64,000 bases of DNA from an uncultured Candidatus Saccharibacteria bacterium (GCA_964629235.1 CAZVQB010000001.1:4431-68430); one strand, 5' to 3'; counted from the first letter of the stretch, positions 47,464-57,480 are shown. Notes: generated by a model not told the origin, from the letters alone. Made by a program: numbers and translations.

Positions 47464-48943
47464 CTACCTTTTCACCTTCTTCTATTTCATAGACTGGAGT
47501 TACTATCATCATATCTGGATTTATTCCACTTATTATCTCTACGAAATCTCCTTGCACTTTTCCAAGTACTACTGGATTCTTAACAATTTTTGATTCTGAA
47601 TCTAGAGTATAGACGAAAGCATCACCTGGAATAATTTTTACATTTTGTATTGGAAGACTGTAATTGTTATTTTTATTATTCAATTGTTCATCTGTAGAGA
47701 TAGACAAAGTTACATTCTGACCAACCACCAATTCATTTGTATTTGAATCATCTACTGAAATTTTAACCTCAACTTTTTTATTTATTACATTTACACTTGG
47801 TGCAACATTCACTACTGTTCCAGTTATTTTACCTTGTATTAGAACCTTTGCACCATTTTTAATTCTTGAGAAATCCTCACCACTTGCATATGCTTTTATT
47901 TGTAATCCTCCGCCACCAACCACTGTAGCGATAAGTTGTCCTGGTTGTGCCAATTCTCCAGTTCTTAGTGGTAATGAAGCGATTTTGCCTGATATTGGTG
48001 ATGTGATAATAGTCTTTGCAAATTGTGCTTCAAGATTTCTAACTATAGCTTGAGCTGAAGAAATCTGTGCCGCTGAACTTGAAAGTCCTGATTCTGTAGA
48101 AGTTAGGCTTTTATTTGCAGTATTTGCTGAACTTCTTGCTTCGTTTACCATTGATTGCCAACTAGCAAACACAGCATAAGTTCCAGGATCCTTTATACCT
48201 TTCACAGCATCGTTTAATGATAGAGATATATCATCAAGAAGAGAGTTTATTTTATTTAAATTTGTTTGAGATAGAGAGATAACAGCTTCAACTTCAGAAT
48301 TCTTTGAATTTATAGTTAAAGAATCGATATTTGCTTTCCAATCTGTAAAACCACTCTTAAGTGCTAAATATTTGTCTCTTATAGACTCACTTAATTTCCT
48401 ATCAGAAATAAATGAAGATAAAGTCGGACTACCTCCTGTACTTTCATACAGAGATTGAGCGATTTTAATATTTATTATTTCATCAGCAGTTAGATAACTA
48501 CTTCTTAAAGTTTCTAAAGAATTCTTTCTAGCTGATTCCAATGAAGCACCTGTACTTGAATATTGACCTTGTGCCAATTGCAAACCCGCTCTAGCTTGAT
48601 CAAGTTGAGCCTTTATATCAGCGTTTTGTAATACCGCTATTGTCTGTCCAACGGAAACACTGTCTCCAACAGAAACATTCACAACAGATATTGGAGCTGA
48701 GATCTGACTTTTTAGATCAACTTGTGATACTGATTCGACGATACCATCTGCTGAGACTTTTGATTGATTATTTCGAAAATCAGATACACTAACTAGTGAT
48801 ACCTTTTTTATATTTGATTGACTATTGTCCACTACCTTATTTCTACCTGCCATTCTACCCGCAACAATCATAGAAATGACTGCTACAATAGCAATACCAG
48901 ACGAAAGAACCGCATGACTACGTATATAGCTAAATATTTTCAT
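47453..48943 (-). CDS. RND efflux periplasmic adaptor (membrane fusion protein, HlyD-like)
   Basis: N-terminal TM, long coiled-coil/lipoyl region and beta-barrel. Overlaps the pump start, so operonic. Confidence 0.6.
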   Translation of the reverse strand: MKIFSYIRSHAVLSSGIAIVAVISMIVAGRMAGRNKVVDNSQSNIKKVSLVSVSDFRNNQSKVSADGIVESVSQVDLKSQISAPISVVNVSVGDSVSVGQTIAVLQNADIKAQLDQARAGLQLAQGQYSSTGASLESARKNSLETLRSSYLTADEIINIKIAQSLYESTGGSPTLSSFISDRKLSESIRDKYLALKSGFTDWKANIDSLTINSKNSEVEAVISLSQTNLNKINSLLDDISLSLNDAVKGIKDPGTYAVFASWQSMVNEARSSANTANKSLTSTESGLSSSAAQISSAQAIVRNLEAQFAKTIITSPISGKIASLPLRTGELAQPGQLIATVVGGGGLQIKAYASGEDFSRIKNGAKVLIQGKITGTVVNVAPSVNVINKKVEVKISVDDSNTNELVVGQNVTLSISTDEQLNNKNNNYSLPIQNVKIIPGDAFVYTLDSESKIVKNPVVLGKVQGDFVEIISGINPDMMIVTPVYEIEEGEKVVVQ

Positions 48944-48976
48944 ATATTGAAATATAACACAAAAATCTAATAAAGA

Positions 48977-49840
48977 CTAGAGACCTTCCTTTTTTAACTC
49001 TTCAACCAGTTTTTGAGCACTTTTTGATAGTTTCTTTGGCATATCTACTCTAGTAACGATAAGCAAATCCCCTCTTCTTCCTCTTTCATCTGGAACTCCC
49101 TTTTGTCTTACACGAAGTATTTCATTGTGTGTTGTTCCAGCTGGAATCTTTAATTCTATTTTTCCATCCAAAGTATCGAGATCTATAGTTGCTCCAAGCA
49201 ATGCTGTTGTTAGCTTTAGATCAAGCTCCATTATTAGATTCATTCCCTCTTTTCTAAAAACATCATGATCAGTCACCCATATTCGAACTATTAGATCACC
49301 TTTTCCTCCAGCACCCTCTTCACCCTTTCCTGATACTCGGAGTCCTTGTCCATTTTCTATTCCTGGTGGAATCTTTATAGATAGTTTCTCCTTATTTACT
49401 GTTACATCTTTTTCAACTCCGAAAATTGATTCTTTAAATGATATTTGAATATCAACTGTAATATTTGCACCCTTTCTCGGACGTCGTCCTCCACCTCCAC
49501 CGAAGAATTCTCCGAATATATCACCTAGATCGAATTCAAACGCTTGGCCGTTTTGACTCTGATATTGTCGAGCGAATCCTGAGAAATCAAATCCATCAGC
49601 ATTGAATCCTCCTTGATTTGGATTAAAACCAGATGGACCATCAGAACCGAATCTGTCATAATTTTGACGCTTTTGATCGTCAGAAAGAGTCGTATACGCT
49701 TCGTTTATCTCTTTGAATTTAGTATCGTTCCCATTATTTTTGTCTGGGTGATATTCATGAGCCAGCTTACGAAAAGCTTTTTTTATATCCTCTTTTGATG
49801 CGTTCTTTTCGACGCCTAAAGTCTTGTAGTAATCTTTCAT
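48977..49840 (-). CDS. J-domain co-chaperone (DnaJ type II / CbpA-like, no zinc-finger domain)
   Basis: J domain with the HPD motif (AHEYHPDKN), G/F-rich linker and two C-terminal beta-sandwich domains. No CxxCxGxG repeats. Confidence 0.75.
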   Translation of the reverse strand: MKDYYKTLGVEKNASKEDIKKAFRKLAHEYHPDKNNGNDTKFKEINEAYTTLSDDQKRQNYDRFGSDGPSGFNPNQGGFNADGFDFSGFARQYQSQNGQAFEFDLGDIFGEFFGGGGGRRPRKGANITVDIQISFKESIFGVEKDVTVNKEKLSIKIPPGIENGQGLRVSGKGEEGAGGKGDLIVRIWVTDHDVFRKEGMNLIMELDLKLTTALLGATIDLDTLDGKIELKIPAGTTHNEILRVRQKGVPDERGRRGDLLIVTRVDMPKKLSKSAQKLVEELKKEGL

Positions 49841-49954
49841 ATAGAGACAAATAATAGCAGAAATTGGGGTTGAGTAGGTCTTGACCTAGACTGTATTTTG
49901 TGATATGTATTTAGTAGATTTTGAGTAAATGATTGCTCAAAAAATATTGATATT

Positions 49955-50371
49955 ATGGATAAAAGTGATCGAACGAAAAGAATTTTGGCTTTGTCTGAAA
50001 GCATACAAAGCAAAATCAACGAACTCCGAGATCTATTGTGTGAGGATGCAAGGAGTCAGAAACTTGTGACTCATGACAATAATCCTTTTAATTGTAATCT
50101 TGGTGTATACATTGGAAGGAAAAGGTTGACACATAGTTATAAGATAAGGGGTCTGCCACTATTTTGTTCAGTAATGAAAAAGGGGTGGGAGATTTATCCC
50201 ACAGACTCAGGTCTCGAAAACAAAGTGTCTTTTCGCGACGTACCGATGGAAGATTTCATGTTAATACCTAAGTCTTGCCTGCTGAAGTACAGGCGAGTGG
50301 GTGAAAAGTCAATTTCTGTACTCAAGGAAATTGTACTGGAAGATGGTGGAAGACCACATTCATCCTGGTAA
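49955..50371 (+). CDS. hypothetical protein with RpoA-CTD-like helix-hairpin-helix C-terminus
   Basis: The C-terminal MEDFMLIPKSCLLKYRRVGEKSISVLKEIV resembles the RpoA alpha-CTD pattern L.VRS.NCLK....GKKSL.EIK. Elevated GC. First gene of the inserted cassette. Confidence 0.35.
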   Translation: MDKSDRTKRILALSESIQSKINELRDLLCEDARSQKLVTHDNNPFNCNLGVYIGRKRLTHSYKIRGLPLFCSVMKKGWEIYPTDSGLENKVSFRDVPMEDFMLIPKSCLLKYRRVGEKSISVLKEIVLEDGGRPHSSW

Positions 50372-50378
50372 CATTTTT

Positions 50379-50513
50379 CGCAAAACCGACCTCCGTAAGG
50401 ACAAGTCGGTTTTCTTTTATACCTGAAAGCTAATAACCGAAATATTGAGAGAATTTAACTAGATTTATTTTTGACTTTATATTCTACTCGTGTTATAAGT
50501 AAATAAACGAATT
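50379..50513 (+). repeat. 135-bp direct repeat copy 1: GNRA-hairpin terminator + TTGACT-17-TATAAG promoter
   Basis: About 94% identical to 51147-51281. Hairpin aaaACCGACcUCC-GUAA-GGAcaaGUCGGUuuuc at 50382-50418. Promoter at 50471-50499. Confidence 0.8.
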
Positions 50514-50602
50514 CGGGACGGATGTCCAAAGTTCTTCGCAACAATACAACAGGTTGGCCTAGAAAGGGCCAGGTTACCTGCATAAGAAAACCACATAAAT
50601 AA

Positions 50603-51127
50603 ATGAGCGAACAAGATTCGGATAGAATTGTGCCCCTCTTTGGGAAAATCAATTACGAGACAATGACGAAAACAATGGAATTGATGCTTGGCCATTGGAA
50701 AAAGGATCGTAATAAGGAAATCAAGCTTATCGTGTGTTCCTATGGAGGAATGTGTGATCCATCCTTCATGTTCATCGATATGATCAAATTTTACAAAATC
50801 AATTTGACCACAATTGCTTCTGGCGGTGTTGGTTCCATGGCTGTGCCAATTTTTGCATCAGGAATTAGGAGGTTTGTATCAAAACATGCAGACTTTTTTC
50901 TACACGACCTTGGTTTCAGTCCAGATAGCTACGAGCGCCTCTCAGTCTCTGAGCTTCAAAGAAAGTCAGACAATCTAGGAGTGTCACAGAGATGGTATGC
51001 GGATTATCTTGAAGAAAGAACTTCTGGCAAATTCAAGGCCTCAGAAGTTCTAAAAAGAATGAAAGCTGAGGTGTATCTATATCCCGAAGATATCATCAAA
51101 TTAGGCCTAGCACATGAGATGATTTGA
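50603..51127 (+). CDS. truncated ClpP-family (S14) serine protease-like protein
   Basis: 174 aa alignable to the ClpP core. The Ser-containing GGVGSMA aligns with GQAASMG, and His in FFLHDL aligns with MIHQP. An acidic residue sits near the Asp171 position. Lacks the N-terminal axial loops. GC-shifted. Confidence 0.6.
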   Translation: MSEQDSDRIVPLFGKINYETMTKTMELMLGHWKKDRNKEIKLIVCSYGGMCDPSFMFIDMIKFYKINLTTIASGGVGSMAVPIFASGIRRFVSKHADFFLHDLGFSPDSYERLSVSELQRKSDNLGVSQRWYADYLEERTSGKFKASEVLKRMKAEVYLYPEDIIKLGLAHEMI

Positions 51128-51146
51128 GATCAGGATTAGATTTAAA

Positions 51147-51281
51147 CGCAAAACCGACCTCCGTAAGGACAAGTCGGTTTTCTTTTATACCTGAAAGCTA
51201 ATAACCGAAATATAGCGAGATTTTAACTAGATTTATTATTGACTTTATATTCTACTTGTGTTATAAATAAATAAGCAAATT
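51147..51281 (+). repeat. 135-bp direct repeat copy 2: terminator + TTGACT-17-TATAAA promoter
   Basis: Same module as 50379-50513. Promoter at 51238-51266, upstream of the 88-aa ORF. Confidence 0.8.
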
Positions 51282-51320
51282 GAAACAAAAACTAAAAGTT
51301 CATCAAAAATAAGGTAATAT

Positions 51321-51587
51321 ATGAGTGAATTCAAGTGTCTCATCAGTCTTGGGGTAAAATCTGAAACAGAAGAAATGGAATTTCTCCGCAAGAGGCTTCT
51401 TTCATTCGTTCCACAATTGGGAATGAGCATACTACTTCTAGGAATGGATTATGAATCAAAGATAGTCCATGTTGGCTATGTTGAGTCAACTCAAGAATCT
51501 TCGTTTGATGTATCTCTTGGTGTTCAAAATTTGAATCAACACCAGATTAATCAATTGATAGAAAATGGGTGGGAAAAAATGAGTTGA
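51321..51587 (+). CDS. hypothetical 88-aa protein (third cassette gene)
   Basis: No recognisable motif. Followed by a third related hairpin terminator at 51612-51650. Confidence 0.3.
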   Translation: MSEFKCLISLGVKSETEEMEFLRKRLLSFVPQLGMSILLLGMDYESKIVHVGYVESTQESSFDVSLGVQNLNQHQINQLIENGWEKMS

Positions 51588-51611
51588 TAATTGCTTGTAT
51601 TTTTTAAATAC

Positions 51612-51650
51612 GAAAACCGGCCTCCTTACGGAAAGCCGGTCTTCTTTTTA
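51612..51650 (+). terminator. intrinsic terminator, covarying variant of the cassette hairpin
   Basis: aaaACCGGCcUCC-UUAC-GGAaaGCCGGUcuuc. The stem changes versus the repeat copies (accgac/gtcggt to accggc/gccggt) are compensatory. Confidence 0.7.
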
Positions 51651-51667
51651 TTTACTATATTTATTTT

Positions 51668-53572
51668 CTACTTCTTCTCTTTAAACTCCGCATCTTTCAC
51701 ATCTCCTTCTGCACCTTGTGGGCCCGCTCCGCCATTTGCTCCTGTATCACCTGGTGGTGTCTGAGCTTGTTGAGCTTTTGACAATATCTCACCTATCTTT
51801 GAAAGTTCTGAAGATAGTGCTTCTGTTGTTGTCTTTAATCTTGCACTATCTGTTCCTTCTTTTGCACTTTTTACATCTGCTATTTTATCTTCAATACTCT
51901 TTCTTAGATCTGCTGGAACTTTGTCTCCTGCATCTTTCAATGATTTTTCTGAAGTGTGGATTAGTTGTTCTGCCATATTCTTTGCTTCAACCATTTCCTT
52001 TTTCTTTGCATCTTCTGCTGCATGCATTTCGGCTTCCTTTTTCATTTTTTCTACTTCTTCTTTTGAAAGTCCTGAACTTGCTGTGATCTTTATACTATTT
52101 GCTTTTCCAGTTGCTTTGTCTTTTGCTGTAACTGAAAGAATACCGTTTGCATCAAGGTCAAAAGTAACTTCGACTTGTGGCATTCCTCTAGGTGCTGGTG
52201 CAATACCGTCTAGTATAAATCGTCCTAGTGACTTATTGTCTGCTGACATTGATCTTTCACCTTGTGTTATGTGAATTTCTACTGATGTCTGATTGTCCGC
52301 TGCTGTAGAGAATACTTGGGACTTCTGAGTAGGAATTGTAGTGTTCTTGTCGATTAGTTTTGTTGCTACTCCTCCCATAGTTTCTATAGCTAAAGAAAGT
52401 GGAGTAACATCTAGTAGCAAAACCCCTTTTACATCACCACCAAGAATACCTCCTTGGATAGCCGCTCCCACCGCAACCACTTCGTCTGGATTTACACCAA
52501 GGTGTAAATCTTTACCGAAGAAATCTTTCACTGCTTTTTGCATAGCAGGCATACGTGTCTGTCCTCCAACCAAGATCACTTCATTTATCTCCGGGATCTT
52601 AAATGGTGAAGCGTCCATAGCACGCTTTGTGATAGTTATAGCTCTATCAATAAACTCTCGTGTAAGCTCTTCGAGCTTCGCTCTAGTCATTGTAACTAGA
52701 AGGTGTTTTGGTCCATCTGCACCTGAAGTTAGGAATGGAATATTCACTTCTGTTTGCATTGCTGTTGAAAGCTCAATCTTTGCTTTTTCTGCAGCTTCAT
52801 CAAGTCTCTGTAGAGCCAATGCATCTTTTCTTACATCTATTCCTTCTTGCTTCCTGAACTCTTCAGCAAGCCAATCGATGATCTTTTGATCGATATCTTT
52901 ACCTCCAAGATGTGCATCTCCATCTGTTGATTTTACTTCTACTACATCGTCTCCAACTTCAAGAACAGAGATATCAAATGTACCTCCACCGAAGTCGAAT
53001 ACTACGATCTTTTCATTCTTCTTTTTATCGAAACCATAAGCAAGAGCGGCTGCTGTTGGTTCGTTTATAATTCTCTTTACATCAAGACCTGCGATCTTAC
53101 CCGCATCCTTTGTTGCTTGTCTTTGTGCATCGTTAAAGTATGCAGGTACTGTTATAACAGCTTCAGTTACTGGTTCTCCAAGTCTTGATTCTGCATCAGC
53201 TTTCATCTTTGCAAGAATCATAGCTGATATCTCTTCTGGTCTATACCATTTATCTCCCATCTTCACTTCAATTCCTCCAGTTGCACTCTTTTGAATTTCA
53301 AAAGGTACAGATGATCTGTCTTTCTGAACTGCTGGATCATCGAAGTTGTGACCGATGAATCTTTTTATTTGATAAATAGTATTTTTAGGATTTGTAACTC
53401 CTTGTCTTTTTGCCAATAGACCTACCATTCTATCGCCAGCTTTTGACATGGCAACTATAGAAGGAGTAGTTCTAGCACCTTCTGCGTTTTCTAATATTTT
53501 AGGTGTACCAGCTTCCATCACTGCGACGGCTGAGTTGGTAGTACCTAGATCAATTCCGATTATTTTACTCAT
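51668..53572 (-). CDS. dnaK: molecular chaperone DnaK (Hsp70)
   Basis: 634 aa with canonical Hsp70 motifs ([18 protein letters not shown], ...). Confidence 0.95.
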   Translation of the reverse strand: MSKIIGIDLGTTNSAVAVMEAGTPKILENAEGARTTPSIVAMSKAGDRMVGLLAKRQGVTNPKNTIYQIKRFIGHNFDDPAVQKDRSSVPFEIQKSATGGIEVKMGDKWYRPEEISAMILAKMKADAESRLGEPVTEAVITVPAYFNDAQRQATKDAGKIAGLDVKRIINEPTAAALAYGFDKKKNEKIVVFDFGGGTFDISVLEVGDDVVEVKSTDGDAHLGGKDIDQKIIDWLAEEFRKQEGIDVRKDALALQRLDEAAEKAKIELSTAMQTEVNIPFLTSGADGPKHLLVTMTRAKLEELTREFIDRAITITKRAMDASPFKIPEINEVILVGGQTRMPAMQKAVKDFFGKDLHLGVNPDEVVAVGAAIQGGILGGDVKGVLLLDVTPLSLAIETMGGVATKLIDKNTTIPTQKSQVFSTAADNQTSVEIHITQGERSMSADNKSLGRFILDGIAPAPRGMPQVEVTFDLDANGILSVTAKDKATGKANSIKITASSGLSKEEVEKMKKEAEMHAAEDAKKKEMVEAKNMAEQLIHTSEKSLKDAGDKVPADLRKSIEDKIADVKSAKEGTDSARLKTTTEALSSELSKIGEILSKAQQAQTPPGDTGANGGAGPQGAEGDVKDAEFKEKK

Positions 53573-53726
53573 ATTTTAATTTAGTTTATTTTTTAATTAC
53601 TTTACTTCCTCATAGAATTTATTGTATAATATGTAAGGCATATCAATACCAAATAGAAAGGAGGAAATATGTACGGCGAATAATAAATTTAGCGACGAAA
53701 TCAATTGAGAGTAGTCGCCTTTTCTT

Positions 53727-54023
53727 TTACATAGAAGGCGCCCTAGTTGGTTGACTCATAAAAAAATCTAAATTTATATAAGGAGATAAAATAGAAATAA
53801 AACTAGATGTAGTATCTAGAGCAATATCTTTCTTTGATATTTCTTGAGGAAGAAAAACTACTTCTTCTTTATTTTTAACTAAAGCTTCAGCAGAAATAAT
53901 AACAGGTTGAAACTTCCCGTTATTTTCAACTACAGTAAAACGAATACGAACTAAAATACCATTTTTATCTCGTATTATTCTTTCGAATATGCTATTCAGT
54001 TGTTTAGTTGGAATAGCTAACAT
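53727..54023 (-). CDS. hypothetical 98-aa protein between grpE and dnaK
   Basis: ORF in the conserved grpE-dnaK intergenic position; no recognisable domain. Confidence 0.3.
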   Translation of the reverse strand: MLAIPTKQLNSIFERIIRDKNGILVRIRFTVVENNGKFQPVIISAEALVKNKEEVVFLPQEISKKDIALDTTSSFISILSPYINLDFFMSQPTRAPSM

Positions 54024-54059
54024 AATAGTATTATATAATTAATTTAAATCTTGTCCAGA

Positions 54060-54602
54060 CTATTTAGCTTCCCCAATCTTCACCTTTGGAGCCTTTAAAA
54101 CCTTACCATGAAGCTCGTAGCCTTTTTGGACGACTGTTGTAACGATATCATTTGCCTTACCATCCTCTATTGCCTCATCTCGCATAGGGTCAAAAGTCTT
54201 ACCTATAGGATCTATTTCTTTTAGACCGAATTCTTCTAATACTTTCTTTAGTTGATTTGCTATATATTCAACACCGACTCTCCAGTTTTTATCTGCTTTT
54301 TCCCATACCTCTTTGTTCCCCATCGCCATATTGAAACTATCAAGTACTGGTATAAGTTCAGATATTAGACTTTCATTAGAAAAACGAGCGAAGTCTTTTT
54401 GAGCTTCTTGATCTCTTCTTCTTGCATTCATGAAGTCAGCTTTGTCTCTTTGCCAAGAGTTTAGATACTCTTGTTTTTCTTCAATAGCTTTCTTTAATTT
54501 TTCTTTTAAAACCTTAACAGTTTCAGTTGCATTGTCTTCAACAACAACTGAATCGTCTAGGTTTTCATCTTTTTCAATTGTTATATCATTTTCATCTTTC
54601 AT
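54060..54602 (-). CDS. grpE: nucleotide exchange factor GrpE
   Basis: Long N-terminal coiled coil plus C-terminal GrpE beta-domain (DPMRDEAIE...G..L.KA.V..GE). Confidence 0.85.
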   Translation of the reverse strand: MKDENDITIEKDENLDDSVVVEDNATETVKVLKEKLKKAIEEKQEYLNSWQRDKADFMNARRRDQEAQKDFARFSNESLISELIPVLDSFNMAMGNKEVWEKADKNWRVGVEYIANQLKKVLEEFGLKEIDPIGKTFDPMRDEAIEDGKANDIVTTVVQKGYELHGKVLKAPKVKIGEAK

Positions 54603-54651
54603 ATAGTTTTAGTATATATAAAATCTAGATAAAAGAAAAGTATTAATAAAT

Positions 54652-54680
54652 AAAAAAAAATCCGGTTGCCCGGATTTTTC
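54652..54680. terminator. bidirectional intrinsic terminator (A9-atccgg-ttgc-ccggat-T5)
   Basis: Hairpin flanked by an A-run and a T-run. Terminates rpsI on the minus strand. Confidence 0.7.
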
Positions 54681-54686
54681 TTGAGA

Positions 54687-55109
54687 TTATCTCTTACTCC
54701 ACTGAGGTGACTTTCGAGCTTTCTTTAGACCGAACTTTCGTCTTTCTTTTGCTCTTGGATCTCGCTTTAGAAGTCCTGCTTTCTTTAGTTTTCCTCTTAA
54801 CTCTTTATCATAAACAATAAGTGCTCGGGCAATACCATGTCTCATAGCATCTGCTTGTCCACTTATACCTCCTCCCTTTGCAACTACAGTAACTTTGAAC
54901 TTTGTTTCTGTAAGTTTTGATTCTTTCATAGATTCAACAGCTGTTGATCTTAACTCTGTTGTAGGAAAATATTCTTCTACAGTCTTACCATTTATGTCAT
55001 ATGACATCTTTGAAGATGGTGTGATTCGTACTCGAGCAGAAGCAGTCTTTCGTCTTCCGATCGCTTCAATATATCTCTCTGATGACTTTGTAGTTGTATT
55101 TTTTTCCAT
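54687..55109 (-). CDS. rpsI: 30S ribosomal protein S9
   Basis: C-terminal ...RDPRAKERRKFGLKKARKSPQWSKR is canonical for S9. Confidence 0.9.
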   Translation of the reverse strand: MEKNTTTKSSERYIEAIGRRKTASARVRITPSSKMSYDINGKTVEEYFPTTELRSTAVESMKESKLTETKFKVTVVAKGGGISGQADAMRHGIARALIVYDKELRGKLKKAGLLKRDPRAKERRKFGLKKARKSPQWSKR

Positions 55110-55110
55110 A

Positions 55111-55479
55111 TTATTCTGTAATAGTTAAATTCTTCATTATTTGCTTTCTCAAAGTATTTGAAGGAAGCATTCTGTATACCGCTCTTTCAAAAACTTCCTT
55201 TGTACCCTTTCGAGCAATCAAATGTTCTAGAGATTCTGTATATAGACCACCTCTAAAGCCTGTGAAAGTAATATATTCTTTTTCTTTTAGCTTCTTGATA
55301 TCAAAATCAGCTTTACTTGTATTTATGATACTTACCTTAACTCCTGATGCTTTGTTTCTAGTATAAGAAACAGTTCTCTTTCCATTAAGTAAACTCGCTG
55401 CTTCACTTGCAACTCGTCCTAACTTCTTTCCTTGTGCGTCTATAGTGTGATTCATGTTTTTTATATTATACAAATTCAA
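55111..55479 (-). CDS. rplM: 50S ribosomal protein L13
   Basis: IDAQGKKLGRVASEAASLLNGK matches the L13 N-terminal region. Directly abuts rpsI. Confidence 0.85.
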   Translation of the reverse strand: MNLYNIKNMNHTIDAQGKKLGRVASEAASLLNGKRTVSYTRNKASGVKVSIINTSKADFDIKKLKEKEYITFTGFRGGLYTESLEHLIARKGTKEVFERAVYRMLPSNTLRKQIMKNLTITE

Positions 55480-55816
55480 TCATGGCCATAGGGGCTGCGT
55501 CAAGCTTTCTTGGTGCCATCTTAATAATTCTTATATATCCCCCATTTCGGTCCATATATTTCTTTGCTATTGTATCAAAAAGAACTTTTGTTTCTGATTC
55601 TCCACCTAGCTTAGAAATAACAACTCTTCTTGAAGCGATAGTGCCGGTCTTTGCCTTTGCAACTAGTTTTTCAACATAAGGTCGTAGCTCTTTTGCTTTT
55701 GCAAGAGTAGTTTCGATTTTATTTTCATTTATAAGATTTCGCGCAAGAGAACGCATCAAAGCGTTTCTTTGATCTTTCTCTAGTCCGAATTTTCGTTTTA
55801 CTGAATGGTGTCTCAT
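55466..55816 (-). CDS. rplQ: 50S ribosomal protein L17
   Basis: MRHHSVKRKFGLEKDQRNALMRSLARNLI is canonical for L17. Confidence 0.9.
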   Translation of the reverse strand: MRHHSVKRKFGLEKDQRNALMRSLARNLINENKIETTLAKAKELRPYVEKLVAKAKTGTIASRRVVISKLGGESETKVLFDTIAKKYMDRNGGYIRIIKMAPRKLDAAPMAMIEFV

Positions 55817-55839
55817 AAATTTATTCTTTAATTATTCTT

Positions 55840-56805
55840 TTACTTTAATGTTATACCGTATTGTGAAAGCACTTTCTTGATCTCTTGAATACCCTTACTT
55901 CCTAATCCTTCAATATCTAAGATATCAATTTCCTTCTTTCTTGCAAGTCCACCGACTGTTCTTATGTTTGCACTTGTAAGAGCTTTTGTTGTTCTTGGAG
56001 AAAGTCCGATAGCGTCGATTCTTGTCTTTAGGAATTCAACATCCATCTCTTCCTTTACTCCTGATTCTTTTGAATCTGAAGATTCTTCTTTCTCAGGAAC
56101 AATAACTTCTTCTTCCTTAAATCCTACAATAGACTTAAGTTGCATAATCATAAGTGAAATTGAATTCTCCAAAGCTTCCTTCGCAGTTAGAGTTCCATCT
56201 GTCTCGATAGAGATTCTTAGTCTGTTGAAATCTGTTCGGTCTCCAACTCGCATATTCTCTACTTCGTAGTTTACTTTCTTAATAGGAGTGAAAGTAGCAT
56301 CAAGTGATATAACACCTATATCAACTCTGTCTTTTGTTAATACATCTTTTGAAACATAACCAAGACCCTTTTCAACAGTTATTTCTGCTTCGAAATCTGA
56401 ACTCTTATCTGTAAGAGTAACGATATGTAGATCTGGGTTTAGAATTTCCACTTGTCCAGGAACTTCTATATCCTTTGCTGTAAGAGTTTTAATACCCTTT
56501 GCTTTTAAAGTGATTGTTTGTGGTTCATCAGTTATAAGTCTGATTCTCAATTTCTTTAGACTCAAAAGTAGAGTTATAACATCTTCCTTTACACCTTCAA
56601 TTGTTGAAAATTCGTGTTCAACTCCCTTTATCTTTACTCGAGTAACTGCTGATCCTGGTAGAGATGATAGGATAATTCTTCTAAGAGAATTTCCTAGTGT
56701 ATGTCCATATCCTGGGTATAGACCATCAATTTCATATACACCACTAAAACCCTCCTCTCGGATTATTTTTGGCTTTGATGGAACAATTATTGAATGATTT
56801 GACAT
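55840..56805 (-). CDS. rpoA: DNA-directed RNA polymerase subunit alpha
   Basis: N-terminal dimerisation domain and C-terminal alpha-CTD (LSPRTTKALTSANIRTVGGL); 321 aa. Confidence 0.9.
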   Translation of the reverse strand: MSNHSIIVPSKPKIIREEGFSGVYEIDGLYPGYGHTLGNSLRRIILSSLPGSAVTRVKIKGVEHEFSTIEGVKEDVITLLLSLKKLRIRLITDEPQTITLKAKGIKTLTAKDIEVPGQVEILNPDLHIVTLTDKSSDFEAEITVEKGLGYVSKDVLTKDRVDIGVISLDATFTPIKKVNYEVENMRVGDRTDFNRLRISIETDGTLTAKEALENSISLMIMQLKSIVGFKEEEVIVPEKEESSDSKESGVKEEMDVEFLKTRIDAIGLSPRTTKALTSANIRTVGGLARKKEIDILDIEGLGSKGIQEIKKVLSQYGITLK

Positions 56806-56846
56806 ATATTTTTTATTAAAAATTAATTTGCATTCACTTATTAATA

Positions 56847-57458
56847 CTAACGACTATAAAATTCCAAAACTGATCCTACATTGAATAATAACTCCGTAGA
56901 CGGAACTTTCGGTATACCCTCAACCTTTATCTCATACTTCTCTACATTGAGTTTTAACCATGATGGAACTTTAACAGTCTTTAGTCTGTCACCTAGTGTT
57001 GAAAAAATAGCTTTCTTCTTACTTCCTTCTCTTATAGCAATAACGTCTCCAACTTTAACTTGATATGAAGGAATTGTTACGATCTTACCATTTATTGTAA
57101 GGTGACCATGAGAAGTCATTTGTCTTGCGGCTTGTCGAGTAGTAGCAAATCCAGCTCTGAATGCGATATTATCAAATCGACTCTCAAGTAGACTAACTAG
57201 TATTTCACTTGAATTTCCTTTTGCTTCAGTAGCTTTTGCAACATAATTACCAAATTGCTTACTTGTTACACCGTAACTGTATCTAGCTTTTTGCTTTTCC
57301 AATAGACCAAGTCCATAATCACTTTTTGTTCTAGGTTTTGAAGATTTACTATTTGCTCTCTTTTGTTCTGTTCGAACAGCAAATTTTTGTGTCTGTGTCT
57401 TTTCGAATACAGGCACTCCTAGTCTTCTTGCAATTTTATATCTTGGTCCAATTTTCAT
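56847..57458 (-). CDS. rpsD: 30S ribosomal protein S4
   Basis: Canonical S4 N-terminus (KIARRLGVPVF...) and S4 RNA-binding domain. Confidence 0.9.
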   Translation of the reverse strand: MKIGPRYKIARRLGVPVFEKTQTQKFAVRTEQKRANSKSSKPRTKSDYGLGLLEKQKARYSYGVTSKQFGNYVAKATEAKGNSSEILVSLLESRFDNIAFRAGFATTRQAARQMTSHGHLTINGKIVTIPSYQVKVGDVIAIREGSKKKAIFSTLGDRLKTVKVPSWLKLNVEKYEIKVEGIPKVPSTELLFNVGSVLEFYSR

Positions 57459-57480
57459 AAAAAATTATATATTATATTTA

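Noticed and set aside
49837-50019. 60-aa minus-strand ORF upstream of the J-domain gene, and the TTGAGtaaatgattgCTCAA inverted repeat at ~49921-49940.
   Set aside because: The ORF lacks an RBS and overlaps the start of the 138-aa gene. The inverted repeat may be an operator for the cassette, but the evidence is too thin to call.
51718-52889. Several plus-strand ORFs (122, 117, 182 aa) antisense to dnaK.
   Set aside because: Low-complexity L/S/F-rich translations typical of antisense frames of a highly expressed gene. dnaK is unambiguous.
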